64,000 nucleotides of DNA from the NCBI RefSeq assembly GCF_009914755.1, contig NC_060937.1. One strand, given 5' to 3'. This DNA comes from the human T2T-CHM13v2.0 reference genome, Homo sapiens. The translations under genes and the position numbers were made by a program. Below are positions 15,419 through 29,598 of this stretch, in pieces; the stretch's first letter is position 1, and every line of letters begins with the position of its first letter. The notes below the pieces were generated by a model. It had not been told where the DNA came from and made no database searches. It saw nothing but the letters and a program-made list of their open reading frames with translations.

Positions 15419-18169
15419 GAGCTGTCACTTTTCCACAAAGGAATGACAGGAGGGGTTTTCCAGCGTATCTGTGCAGTGATAGGGGAACTCATTTCACTGG
15501 ACAAATATTCATGAATTCTATAATGTTTTGATTTTAGATTTGAAAGAATAATGCAGCAATAATGAGTTTCTAGTGCATAACTGTTCATTTGAAAGTAAAT
15601 AATTTTGACTATGTTTATCAACCGGGACACCAAAGAAAGCTCTACAAAGCTATCACTAAAAAATGTGTGTTCAGGTCGGACCAAACCAATTTTGTTCTTA
15701 GGCACTACTGCGAAACAGTTGTTAAATACTTACAGAATTTAGGCAAATCTATGACCTTGATTGTTATTTTTAGAGAAAGTAAAAAAATGTATTACAGGGT
15801 CTGGCACAAAGAACAACTGGTCTTTTTTTTTTTTTTTTTCCTATTAAGTTGGCCTAGAATCAGCGTTAAGAGAATATTGAGGAAATTTGATAAATAGGTG
15901 CCACAATCTGGACTCTACTTTTTAAACTATGTCTAAGGAACCTTTTGCCCATAGGCAAGATTATAGGACCACAGCTAATTTTTGTATTTTATTGCGTTAT
16001 TTTTCATGTAGGTATATTAATGTATAAGTACTCTGTAATTTGATCATATATATATATGGAAAAATGTTCTGGAATATGTTAGAGTATTTTTAATGTGGCA
16101 TTTCCTCATTGGAAGATGATTTCTACATATTTGATTTTTAGAAAGCGTACTGTAAGAGTAGATGAGCAGTCTAATGATAATGGTTCTATGGCAACAGTTA
16201 GACTTTGAGAGATGGGAATGTATTTAAGAATTGCTAGAAATTTCTACTACTAGGTCCTTCATTATTTCAAGGAATTAGCTGTTCAATGCTAAAAGGTTTG
16301 ATACAGATATAGGAAGATATTTTAATGTTTACCTAAACCTGTACACTACAACTTTTGTGTGTTTAGGGTGAGACAAGAAATCTTTGTGTATTAGTTATTT
16401 TTACAGCAGCATGGATTTGATGTATTTTTAATAGTGACCCTCTTGTTTCTCAGTAAATATAGGCTGGTAATTCTAGTGGCTCTTCTGCTTGCATATTATA
16501 AGGAATGTCTGTTCATAAGTTCACAATCCAGAGATAATAGAGGACTTCTTTTTTAAAATTTGGAAGCCAGTTATTTTATTTGATGAGTCATACTTTCATT
16601 ATGACTCCCAGGTTGTTTAATTTCTAATGCTCTTTTGAAAATATTCGGCCATGTGTTTAAAATGTCAATTCCCATTCTACATGTTTTCCGTATCAAGGGC
16701 CTATTTCAGGTCAGAGCTCCCTTTCCAAAATGAGGAGAAGCTTTATTTTCTTTCAAGCACTGAGTTTCACTCAGAATTGTTTTTAAAATTTTTCTAAAAT
16801 CTATTTTTAAAGTCATTTATTAATTCTTCTTTATTACATTTGCAAGTCGGAATCGTTCCTCTGTTTATTCTTAATGGAAGGAATTCTGAAATAGTTTTAT
16901 ACAGCACATACCATACTGTTCAATATATTTATTTGAATTATGAATAACTGTGTAATTAAAATTTTCTTTCTTTCTTTTTTTTTTTGCACTCTACTGCTTT
17001 TAAACACATTCCTCTCTAAGGTGCTAACAATTAAGTGAAGTATTTGATTAAATAAGCATTTAACAAAATCCTTAATTCAAGAACAAATTTCTGTCTTGTC
17101 TTCCTGGAGTTTAAAATAATCTTTAATTATTGACCTCGACTTGGCTGTAGACCAGGGTTTAAATTCAACATGTATAGATCTAACATTTGGTTCAGCAATC
17201 TTAGTGGAATATGTGCATTAAGACTGCTCTTTTCTTTGGGGGCTAGGGGAAGGACTAATGGAAGGATAGCTTATTTACAGAGATCAGAAGAAGGTGTAGA
17301 AAAAAAACAGGAGAGATTGAAGTGAGAGGTAGAAATGAAATGACAGAGGGAGAAAGGCACAGTTTAAGAAATACGGTTTTCATATGGTTTGAGCAAGTGT
17401 GATTTTTTTTTTTACTTTTGTTAGAAAGTCTTTAAAATAACACTAGAGTGTATTGAACAGAGGAAATCTTCACTTTATATACTAAGGATGTAAGTCAAAG
17501 AAAGCTGACCATAGCTCATTTGTATTTATTTCCCTTCTTTTTTAGAGGTTTTAAGAAATGTTTTTATGACATGCAAATCTGTCAAAATTGTTAGTCTATG
17601 TATTTTTATATGAATAAAATTTTTACATTTATATCAAGGTATGTGAAGAATTTCGACTTTTTAAAAGAGCTTTTATAAAGGATGGGATTTTTTTTCCCCT
17701 GGGAGACGAAGATAACATCCCTGTAGATGAAGCCGTAACGCACAGGGAGAAAGCCACTAATGTCCAAACTTGTATACTCGTAAAAGGAATCTCCATTTTC
17801 TAACTAAGCAGAGGCAAATTGTGATATTAGAATTAAAATCTCAACTGACATTAATCTAACAATACAAACTAACAAATGTGACTTTTTTGTGGTTAGAGTG
17901 TTCTGAAGGTTTGGTGGGGGACCCAAGGCCAAGTTCCACGAATTCCCTTTGTATTAATTAGTCATCAGATTAATAGATTTAAAATATTAGTCTTTTGGGC
18001 CAACATAAGAGACTCATGAGATCTATGTCTTTACACACTCTTCATGTAATTCACCCTCACAAATTCAACAGAAAAAAATTAAATGTTGATCCAAACATTT
18101 AAGATTTTTATACAACTAGACAAACAATAAATAAGCATTGGTTGTCCCAGCCACAAATAACCTAGGAAT

Positions 18170-18430
18170 ATGTGATGACTACATTGATTCCTTAGATGAA
18201 ATTCTGTAACAGAAAATGAAGATTATGTAAAAGCTAAGAAAATTTGAGTAAAGTATAAATTAGTAATATATCATTATACGTTCTCTAATTATAACAAATT
18301 TACCATATTAGAGTTGCTAATATGTTAATAATAGGGAAAATTGAGTAGGGTGTATATGAAAAGCCTTTGTACTATGTTTTCTGGTGCATTTTCTCTATGA
18401 ATCAAAAACTATTCTAAAGTAAAAAGTTTA
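18170..18430 (+). mobile_element. L1MC/MD 3' terminal fragment
   Basis: atgttaataatagggaaaattgagtagggtgtatatgaaaagcctttgtact...aaaactattctaaagtaaaaagttta. Confidence 0.7.
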
Positions 18431-19700
18431 TGTGACAAAAAGGAAGAATAAAAGTATTAACGAAAATATAAGCAGACGAGTAAAAATATTTACAAGTAGT
18501 GCTCTTCTGAGCCTAAGATCTAAATAATTTATACAAAAGATTTGCTTATAAATTCTAAGATAACAAAATAAGTTAAGAAAGATAATATTAATGAAAGAAG
18601 TCAGTGCTGAAATTGTGTTAGAGAAATTCATCTGAAAGCAGATCTGAAGGATGACTGGGAAACTAAGGAGTTCATGGACACTTTTTCTCCCTGAGACTCC
18701 CATGGATAAAATCAAAGTGATGGCCGTTAGAAAAATAGTGAAAGCCTCTATTTTTAATGCTCTACTATCTAAAGCAAAAAGCAAAATTTGTTGCTTCTTG
18801 TGAAAGGAGAGATGGGCTTGTAAGACAGTCTCTATGAGCAACGCAGAAAGTGCTGATCTTATTTAGGGTTTGAAGAAACATGAAGTTCAGGGATTGGCAG
18901 ACTTTCAAAAATGAAAGCGTTTAGGAATGGTTGACCTTTAACTGTGGAAGTATGTTTAATGGAGTGTTGCTGTTGCTTATTGGCTGACTTCCAGAAGCCT
19001 GCTTACTGAAGTGAATTGTCATTGATTTGTGAAATAAGTGTAAAATCAGTTCCAGTGGTTATGTTTTACCTTGGGCAATGAAAAAAATCATTCTTTCCTA
19101 GAAGACTGGAATCTTGTATTATCACACCAAATAGGATACAGACATTTCATTATTTTACATTTTTATTTGGAAACAAATCTGCTGGCTTGTATAATGCTAT
19201 CTGAGGCATGTTACATCCTGCAAATTTTCTGTTTGTGCCAAAGCTCTTTCAGAGTTATTCAATCACAGGATGTAAAAAGAAATATATAATAGCTAATAGT
19301 GTTTCCTACTAATGTTTATTGCATTTTCTCCTATTTTAATGAAAGGTAGCAATCTTCCAAGAGTGTCTCAGATAATTATGATCCAAAACTGCAATCATGT
19401 TGCATTTACTTCCATTCTGTTATAACTATGGATTTCAACAAAGCAATCAATGGAGTCTGCAAACAAATTATATCCTTGGTAAATGATTCTCATTATATTT
19501 AAAGACACTGTGAAGTGATAACAATACTATAAAATTTTATGTGTTATTGCCATTTCTTGAGTTTATACTGTGTTTTAAATTTTATGGGAACTATATATCA
19601 CAATTAATCATGAAAATAATCCTATGAGATAAAAAGGAAATGGAATACTATAACTAGAGGTCTTTTCTTAAAGAGTATAACTACCAAATTAGAAATATGA

Positions 19701-19982
19701 GGCTAGGCTCGGTGACTCATGCTTATAATCCCAACACTTCGGGAGGCAGAGATGGGAGGATTGCTTGAGGCCAGGAGTTCGAGAACAGCCTGAGCCACAC
19801 AGTGAGACCCTGTCTATATAACAAATTCTTAAAAAATTACAAGGTGCATGCCTATAGTACCTACTACTTGAGAGGGTGAGGTGGAAGGATCACTTGAGCC
19901 CAGAAGTTCAAGATTACAGTGACCTGATTGTGCCACTGCACTCCAACCTGGGTGGCAGAGGGAGACTCTGTCTCTAAAAAGA
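19701..19982 (+). mobile_element. AluJo-like
   Basis: gggaggattgcttgaggccaggagttcgag, ggatcacttgagcccagaagttcaag. Confidence 0.88.
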
Positions 19983-20008
19983 ATATATATATGTATATAT
20001 ATATATAC

Positions 20009-20039
<31 letters not shown>

Positions 20040-20112
20040 CATATATATATATGTATATATATACATATATATATGTATATATATGTGTGTATATATATGT
20101 ATATATGTATAT
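19983..20112. repeat. Compound (TA)n/(TG/CA) microsatellite in the Alu tail position
   Basis: ~130 bp of tatata interrupted by tg/ca. Confidence 0.95.
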
Positions 20113-21005
20113 GGGTTTTCTTGTAAGAGTTTTAACTAATGTGAAATTGTGAAACAAATCACTTTATACTTAAATGTGCTCTAATTAATACTGTATTATA
20201 AATAACTTCCTCATAGTTTAAAATAAGATGAAAAATAAAGATCATTTAAAATTCAAGTCATTAAGCTGATAGTCAATAGTTGCTAATCTGGATGATGATA
20301 GGTTACAGATAATATTAAATCCAAAGAAATTTTGCATTTGGAGATGAATGGGTAACTTTTTTCAGGCCAAGATTTTCACAGAGAACAATTAGGAAAGCTG
20401 GACAAAATACAAACATATTATTTGTTTTAAGCTTTCAGAGATATGAAAGGCAGTGAGAAATTGTGGGGCCAGTATCTGGAAGAAGAAGAAAGTCAAAGAG
20501 CTTAATTTGGTCTGTAAGGCTATTTTTCCCCTAAGGCTAAAAAGCCAAGAAGAAAAAGTAACCACTGAGGATGAGAAGGTGATTAGAATTTTCATGTCTC
20601 TCACTTATTTGGAGTAAAACAACAGATTTATTTTAAAAAATCAAAGAAATGATATAGAAACAATAACAAATAAATAACATTTAAAAATTATAAATTGAAA
20701 AAAATCAACAAAGTCCAGCTCTAGGCTTTTGGACTTGATCTTAATAGCCATTCTCTGTGAGTAATAGAGATGTGGAAATATACACCCCCACAAAAATCAA
20801 AACCCAGTATCAAATTATCTTAATACTTATGAGTTCATTATAAAAATCTGTCTTTACTTCATCTGCCTTTCAGCAGTGAAAGTAAATCAACTCAGGAAAA
20901 TTAACATAATCTAGAGCTATATGTTTCTTTGAATTTTTCATTCACATTATCTGGAATGCTGTATTTTATAAGAGAACATACAAGACAATAAGAATTAATT
21001 TTTGT

Positions 21006-21044
21006 TCAAATATGACCAATAATAGTCAAATATGACCAATAATA
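21006..21044. repeat. 20-bp-period tandem duplication
   Basis: tcaaatatgaccaataata g tcaaatatgaccaataata. Confidence 0.9.
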
Positions 21045-21349
21045 TTCCAAAATGAGAAATTACAATAAATTACAGTTTCAACAACTATTACAAAGCTCGA
21101 GAGATTTTTTTTCAAAGTGAAGAAAAGTGTGACTAAGTGCAATGTAGAAAATCTGCTAAAAAGTTAAAACAAAAATAAACTCTAATTGGTATCCAAAAGG
21201 AAAAAAATGAGAGAGAAACATATTACTTTCCAATTACTTTCCCTATTTAGACCGGCAACTCAGTTTACAATAGAATAAAATGAAATCTGGATGATAATGA
21301 AGACATATCTTCAAAGTTTATTTTGAAACCAACTAACCTAGATTTTTTT

Positions 21350-21840
21350 TAAATCTGGGTTTTTGACATCTGCATATACCGATGGAAAAAAATAAAACAC
21401 CTCAACCAAGGTGCAGTGCTTTCATCGGCTGCAAAATATTTCTATGGCTCTTTGAGGTCTACCCCTCTGTTCCTGACTAACCCCAAGTGACTACTAATCT
21501 GCTTCTTTGAATCTATATTAGTTTGCTCTTTATGTAAATGGATTCACACAGCATATAGTTGTGTCTGACTTATTTTATTCAGCACAAAAATGCTGTATGT
21601 CCTTCATTTTGTTGAACGTATCAAGGCATCTTTTTTTTCTTATTACTGAACATTATTCTAGTGTATGGCTAGACTCCATTTTGTTTGTTCATTCACTTCT
21701 TAATGGACATTTGATTTGTTTCCAATTTTGGAATTTTGAGACTAAAACTACTAAGTGCCTTAATATAAAAGTGCTTGTGTGAACATAATATTTTCTTTGT
21801 TCAGGTAAATATCTAGAAGTGAATTGTATGTATCTTGATA
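21350..21840 (-). mobile_element. Old L1M (MB/ME) 3' fragment
   Basis: ctactaatctgcttc...tgtaaatggattcacacagcatatag...ttgtttgttcattcacttcttaatggacatttgatttgtttccaatttt. Confidence 0.65.
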
Positions 21841-22117
21841 ACTCAGCAGTGTCAAATCTAATTAATGATCACATTATATTTATTTGTTTATTTAGGGTAT
21901 TTTAATTTATTTAAACATATTTGTAGTTTTCACTGTAGAGGTCTTGAGTGTCTTTTGCTAAATTTATTTCTGTTTCTTTTTGGTATTTTTTTTAAAAAGG
22001 CTGCTTTCCAAATATGACGTTTTCCTATATAGCTTTATGTTACTGATTTTTTCAATTAATTATTTCATGGGTATAGGGCATATTTTATATAATACTCATA
22101 AAATTTACTGAATCATA

Positions 22118-22385
22118 CATGCTGAGCTTACCAAATCCAAAAATGTGAAATCTGAAATGCTCCAAAATTCCAAAACTGAAGCCCCTTCCATTCTGTGACA
22201 AAAACTGAAAACTTTTTGAATACCAACATAACACTCAAAGGAAGTGCTTATTGGAGCATTTTGGATAATCAGATTAGGGACATTCGACTAGTTAGTATAA
22301 ATGCAAATATGCCCCAATTTGAAAAATATTCAAAACCTGAAACACTTCTGATTCTAAGCATTTTAGATAAGTGATATTAAATCTG
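22118..22385. mobile_element. Tigger4a/MER46A (TcMar) DNA transposon fossil
   Basis: gaaatctgaaatgctccaaaat...ctcaaaggaagtgcttattggagcattttggat...ctaagcattttagataagtgata; TA on both flanks. Confidence 0.8.
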
Positions 22386-22544
22386 TATTTTATTTTTTGG
22401 CATATGGTTTATCTTGGTTATCATTAAGAAGTGATTTGAAACTACAGGAATTTTGTAGCTATGTGTAATGCTCTATAATTTTTTAAAAAATCTCCCACGT
22501 ATTTAGACAATAACCAGGACAGCTGCAAATGATTTGAGTCAAGA

Positions 22545-22925
22545 TTACTAGTGATAATGAAGTGTTGAAATATTTTAAGTGAATAAGAATAAACATACTA
22601 CATATCAAATCTTATGCAAAGCGATTAAATCAGTAATTAGTAAAAGTTTATGGCCATAAATTCCCTTAGAAGATAAGAAATACTAAAAATAGTATATCTA
22701 ATATCCCACTCAAAAAATTAGAACAACACATTTTATTTTAAAAAGTACAAGAAAGTAAATTGATAACAAATACATATTTTAAAATTATAAATTAGAACAA
22801 ATCAACAAAGTCCAATATTGATTGATTGTTTTTCAAAAACTTAATAAAATTGGTAAGTTCTAAAAGTATCATCATAACTAAAAGGAAGAGGACAAAAGTC
22901 ATCACTATCAAGAATAAAAACGTTT
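22545..22925 (+). mobile_element. Old L1M ORF2 fragment
   Basis: acatatcaaatcttatgcaaagcgattaaatcagtaattagtaaaagtttatggccataaat resembles the [14 protein letters not shown] region. Confidence 0.55.
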
Positions 22926-22958
22926 ATCTATATATAGAGAGAGAGACAGAAAAAGGTA

Positions 22959-23932
22959 CAGGCATATCTTGGTGATACTGCAGGTACAGTTCCAAAACAC
23001 TGCAATAAAGCAAACAAAGCAATAAAGCATGTCACAAAAATGTTTGGATTTCCCAGTGCATATAAAATAATTTTCTTTTTTTGTTTTTGCATTTTTTTAA
23101 AATTATACTTTAAGTTTTAGGGTACATGTGCACAACGTGCAGGTTAGTTACATATGTATACATGTGCCATGTTGGTGTGCTGCACCCATTAACTGGTCAT
23201 TTAACATTAGACATTAGGTATATCTCCTAACGCTATCCCTCCCCCCTCCCCCGACCCCACAACAGGCCCCAGTGTGTGATGTTCCCCCTCCTGTGTCCAT
23301 GTGTTCTCATTGTTCAATTCCCACCTATGAGTGAGAACATGCGGTGTTTGGTTTTTTGTCCTTGCGATAGTTTGCTGAGAATGATGGTTTCCAGCTTCAT
23401 CCATGTCCCCACAAAGGACATGAACTCATCATTTTTTATGGCTGCATAGTATTCCATGGTGTATATGTGCCACATTTTCTTAATCCAGTCTATCATTGTT
23501 GGACATTTGACCTAGCAATCCCATTACTGGGTATATACCCAAAGGATTATAAATCATGCTGCTGTAAAGACACATGCACACGTATGTTTATTGCGGCACT
23601 ATTCACAATAGCACATAAAATAATTTTCACACGATATTGTCTGCCAAATGTGCAATAGCATTATGTCTAAAAGAATATACATAATTAAAAATGCTTATTG
23701 CTATAAAATGCTAACAATCATCTGAGACTTCATGAGTCAATGATTTCGCTGGTGGAGGGTCCTGCCTAGATTTGATGGCTGCTGACTCACCAGGGTGGGG
23801 TGGCTGTGGCAATTTCTTAAAACAACAGTGACATTTACCACATCAACTGAGTCTTCCTTTCATGGAAGCTTTCTATGTGGCATGTAATGCTGTTTGATAG
23901 GATTTTGCACACTGTAAAACTTATTTTAAAAT
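22959..23932 (-). mobile_element. Tigger1 terminal fragment, interrupted by L1PA at 23075-23610
   Basis: TA + TIR caggcatatcttggtgatactgcagg...; resumes tgtgcaatagcattatgtctaaaa...gctggtggagggtcctgcc. Confidence 0.88.
23075..23610 (-). mobile_element. L1PA (PA3/PA4-like) 3' end with 5' inversion
   Basis: Antisense 3'UTR from poly-T to 23509, then sense ORF2-end segment to 23610; TSD gcatataaaataatttt (23058-23074) / gcacataaaataatttt (23611-23627). Confidence 0.95.
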
Positions 23933-24061
23933 GAATAATGTAGTTGATTAATTCATTTTAACCAAAACACCTTGTTTAATGGAGACATCATTCCCACTTC
24001 CAGGGTTACTTATTTCAGAAAATTCTTGAAACTTTTTTGAAATTTTGACTTTTAAAACATC
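23745..24061 (+). repeat. Left arm (donor) of a local inverted duplication
   Basis: Reverse complement of 24981-25314; about 9 mismatches plus one 17-bp indel by manual alignment. Confidence 0.95.
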
Positions 24062-24599
24062 TTAGATTTTGGCCATCCTCAGAATGAATTAGGATTTAAG
24101 ATTCTCAAGTTTGTTCCGTTATAGGTTAGTCCTTTTTTTCCACATAGAAAGTATAAGTTTTATTAAAATATATATGCTAAAAATCGAGCTGGTAATATTA
24201 TTTTTTCCATGGTAGATTGAATTTATTTATACACATACACAAACTCATATACATGCACACATCTACATTATCAATGCAACAGAACATATTATTCAGATCA
24301 ATTATATTCTTATTTTCTTTGGTCTGTTTTATCCATGAAAATTTAAGAGAAGTGGATGAGCTGTATAAATACATCTGGTTTTCTGCCTTAATGTTCAACA
24401 TAAATGCTGCTCAGATATAAATACTCACAAACATTCATTTTTTGTTATTAATTTTATGATTATTTTCAATTTTTTACATCTATTAAGGAAATAGACATCA
24501 ATCTTAAAAATGTACATAATTGTTACATAATTTTATATAAAATAATTTTCAAATATTTAAGTTAATTTGTTTTATTGGTAATTAGCTCATAGTTTAAAA

Positions 24600-26108
24600 A
24601 AATTTTTTTTAATTCCATAGGTTTTGGGAGAATAGGTGGTATTTGCTCACATGAATAAGTTTTTTAGTGGTGCGGTGTTAGACTTTGGTGCACCCATCAC
24701 CGGAGCAGTATAACTGAAACCAATTTGTAGTCATAATTATCCCTCTCACCGCTCTTACCCTTTCCCCCGAATCCCCGAAGTACATTTTATCATTCTCATG
24801 CCTTTTCGTCCTCATAGCTTAGCTCCCACTTATGAGTGAGAACATATGATGTTTGATTATTTTCCGTTCCTGCATTAGTTCACTTAGAATAATAGTCTCC
24901 AGTTCCATCCAGGTTGCTGTGAATGCCGTAGTTCGTTCCTTTTTAATGGCTGAGTAGTATTCCATCATATATATATATATGATGTTTTAAAAGTCAAAAT
25001 TTCAAAAAAGTTTCAAGAATTTTCTGAAATAAGTAACCCTGGAAGTGGGAATGATGTCTCTATTAAACAAGGCGTTTTGGTTAAAATGAATGAATCAACT
25101 ACATTATTCATTTTAAAATAAGTTTTACAGTATGCAATATGCTATCAAACAGCATTACATGCTGCATAGAAAGCTTCCATGAAAGGAAGACTCAGTTGAT
25201 GTGGTAAATGTCACTGTTGTTTTAAGAAATTGCCACAGCCACCCCAGTCTTCAATAACCACCACCCTGGTCAGTCAGCAGCCATCAAATCTAGGCAGGAC
25301 CCTCCACCAGCGAAGGGTATATACATGTACCACAATTTCTTTATCCACATGTTGACTGATGGGCATTTGGGCTGATTCCATATATTTGCAATTGTGAATT
25401 GTGCTGCTTCTTTTCCTCTGGGTAGATACCCAGTAGTGGGATTGCTGGATCAAATGGTAGTTCTACTTTTAGTTCCTTAAGGAATCTTCGTACTGTTTTC
25501 CATAATGGCTATGCTAGTTTACATTCCCACCAGCGGTATAGAAGTGTTCCCTTTTTACCGCATCCATGCCAAATATCTATTTTTTTTTAAATTTTTTGAT
25601 TATGGCCATTCTTGCAGGAGTAAGTTGGTATTGCATTGTGGTTTTGATTTGCATTTCCCTGATCATTAGTGATGTTGAGCATTTTTTTCATATGTTTGCC
25701 ATTTATATATCTTTTTTGGAGAGTTTTCTATTCATGTAATTAGCCCACTTTTTGAGGGAATTTTTTTTCTTGCTAATTTGTTTTGAGTTTCTTGTAGATT
25801 CTGGATATTAGTCCTATGTCTGGTGGATTGGAAAGATTTTCTCCCACTCTGTGGGTTGTCTGTTTACTCTGCTGATGGTTCCTTTTGCTGTGCAGAAGCT
25901 CTTTGGTTTAAGTAAGTCCCACCTATTTATCTTTGTTTTTGTTGCATTTGCTTTTGGGTTCTAGGTCATGAAGTCTTTGCCTAAGCCAATGTCTAGAAGG
26001 GTTTTTCTGATGTTAACTTCTTTAATTTTTATAGTTTCAAGTCTTAGATTTAAGTCCTTGATCCATCTTGAGTTGAGTTTTGAATAAGGTGAGATATGAG
26101 GATCCAGT
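24600..26108 (-). mobile_element. L1PB 3' portion (3'UTR and ORF2 end), hosting the inverted duplicate
   Basis: ttccataggttttgggagaataggtggtatttg...tttggtgcacccatcacc; antisense ORF2 ctgtgcagaagctcttt...aaggtgagatatgaggatccag. Confidence 0.88.
24981..25314 (-). repeat. Right arm (inserted copy) of the inverted duplication, inside a (TA)n tract
   Basis: Flanked by catatatatatatat and ggg-tatatac; carries the Tigger1/non-Tigger junction of the donor. Confidence 0.95.
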
Positions 26109-26771
26109 GCCTTTTAACTTCTACAATTTTATAACAGTGTTTCCTCTCTCGATATTCTAATATTAATGATGTGTGCCCATAAAGCTCATTCTGCATAAGT
26201 GGGAATTTAGTAAGGGACAAAATAAGGCTATATTTTTTGTGATTTTTCTTACTGAAATAGAACCCACAGTCTAGATATTTATGTGGTGTTTTTTATTGAA
26301 ATTGCATTAATTTTATAATTCTATAGCAGAAAATAGCAAATGCATTAAAATGTTAAAACTTATGTTCTAGAAATTTTCCTCACTCAGCATTTGCTCTAGA
26401 TCTCTACCTCTGTATTATAAAATAGACAGTAGCAAACATTCACAGACAACCAAAATATATAAAAATAATTAAAAATTAAGTACTGGAACATCTGTAACTT
26501 CAGGAGGCTTTAATATTATGTTGTTAAACACTTATGACATGAAGAAAAAGACTGCTTTGTCATTTAAGTACAGACAAATTTTTGTGAGAATAAAGCCAAA
26601 AATACAGTGGAGTTAATGGAGATGTGTAAGGATAGAAAGGCATTTCTCATAGATAGAAGAAAACTACAACTGAAAACAACACACAAATGGAGTACGCTAA
26701 AGGATAAATCTCAGTTTTTTGAGAGTATCATTCATATTGTTGACCCAGAATCTGGTTAAAATGGGAAGACA

Positions 26772-27069
<298 letters not shown>

Positions 27070-27085
27070 TCAGGATCAAAATTCA

Positions 27086-27113
27086 TGGCCTTCATAATGT
27101 GGCCTTCATAATG
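27086..27113. repeat. Perfect 14-bp tandem duplication
   Basis: tggccttcataatg x2. Confidence 0.9.
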
Positions 27114-27392
27114 CAGAGGTATTGGAGAGTGATCTTGTAAAGCATGTCTCTAGTTGGTGCTTAATCAAAACGCAGCAATAAACCTGGCCATTTCAAAACA
27201 TCAGAGCTAACAAAATAAAAATTACCCATAATGCCAGCGCCTTTAAATAACCGCTTTCGCATTTTGTTTTAGTACTTGTTCATCTTTTTTTAAAGCTATG
27301 TATTTGTCCCACGATGGGTATCGCTAAGTTTAATCATTTGTTTAAGGTGGAAGTAATGTGTTTTTATTTGTAGGATAAAAACATGTGTACCT

Positions 27393-28165
<773 letters not shown>

Positions 28166-28553
28166 GAATTGGTGGCTCTGCCCTCCTCACTTGGATTCCA
28201 ATCTAGATCCATGTTTCCTACTCCTGCTTTTACCATAATATCTGTGTCCACTCAGGAATCAAAATGAAAGAGTGAAATATATTACTTTTAAAGCCACAAC
28301 ATGGAAGTGTCCCACTTCACTTCTGCTCACATACCTTTGCCCCCCCCCTTTTTTTTTTAACTTTTCTTTGTCTTATTGATAATAGATAAAAACAAAGTCA
28401 GGGAAAATTTCAAATTATCTGAGAAACAGAGCTCATATTAGTCTCAAACGGGAGAATAGCTAAGGTGGAAAGGAAAGGACATGTAAACAAAAAGGAAGGA
28501 AAAAGAATACTTCCATCTGAAATAACAATTAAACAAGGAGACAATAAAAGATA

Positions 28554-28868
<315 letters not shown>

Positions 28869-29259
28869 TTAAGTACATCAGGCGAATTGAATAATATGAC
28901 ATTACATATGTGTGATTTATGTACTCTATAGATATTTATTAAAACTAATATATGACTTATAAAATTATTGACATTGGTCCTTAATGAATTGATGGAGGAA
29001 ATCTCTAAAGCACAATGGGATGTGTTAGAAACCTATAGTGTATAGAAAAAAAAGATGTCTTTCTCAATCTTGTTCTAACAGGCACTAACAATTGGGGATA
29101 TATCTACCTGAGAATATTAGGGGAACCAGTGTATTCTCATAAGCAAGTCTGACAAAACAATGAATGTAACCTGAAATATTTAATACTCACATATGTGTGT
29201 GAAAGAAAAGGGATAGGCTGCCTATTAGGGGCTATCTAAAAGTCATTAGGCCCTTAGAA

Positions 29260-29598
29260 TGGTTGATTTTGGAAACTGAGTCCTGGAGCGTGAGCTTTTA
29301 ATTACTGATATTTTGTTATAGATTAACTGCTGTTTAAATTTATTGTTCCTGGCTCAGACCAAATGGCGCCTGAGATAAAAGACCCCTTGACTGAGATATA
29401 AGAACCCTTGATTATTACATCCTTAATGTGGAATATTAAATACCCTTACTAAGTGAAACACTGCCTAACCAATCAAATTGCTCTAATCTTGTGTGGGAAA
29501 TGTTGAACTCCTGTTAAACTTCCCCAGACCTTGCCTATATAAACGGCTCTAAAACCAGCCTGATATGCAGCACTGACCTCATCTTTTTGGACTCTGCA
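29260..29598 (+). mobile_element. ERV1 LTR fragment (MER34-like)
   Basis: ctaaccaatcaaattgct (CCAAT), gcctatataaac (TATA), gcactgacctcatctttttggactctg; internal near-tandem tgagataaaagaccccttgac/tgagatataagaacccttgat. Confidence 0.5.

Noticed and set aside
15958-15990. Alu-like micro-fragment gattataggaccacagctaatttttgtatttt
   Set aside because: Too short and AT-rich to distinguish from chance
18428-19090. 137-aa hydrophobic ORF and possible old LTR at ~18610-19090
   Set aside because: The ORF composition reflects AT-rich antisense sequence, and I could not match the block to any family or find termini
19864-20157. YI-repeat ORFs (also 58727-59182)
   Set aside because: Translation of (TA)n microsatellites
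20370-21340. Possible old L1 5'/ORF1 remnants
   Set aside because: Similarity too weak to set boundaries or family by eye
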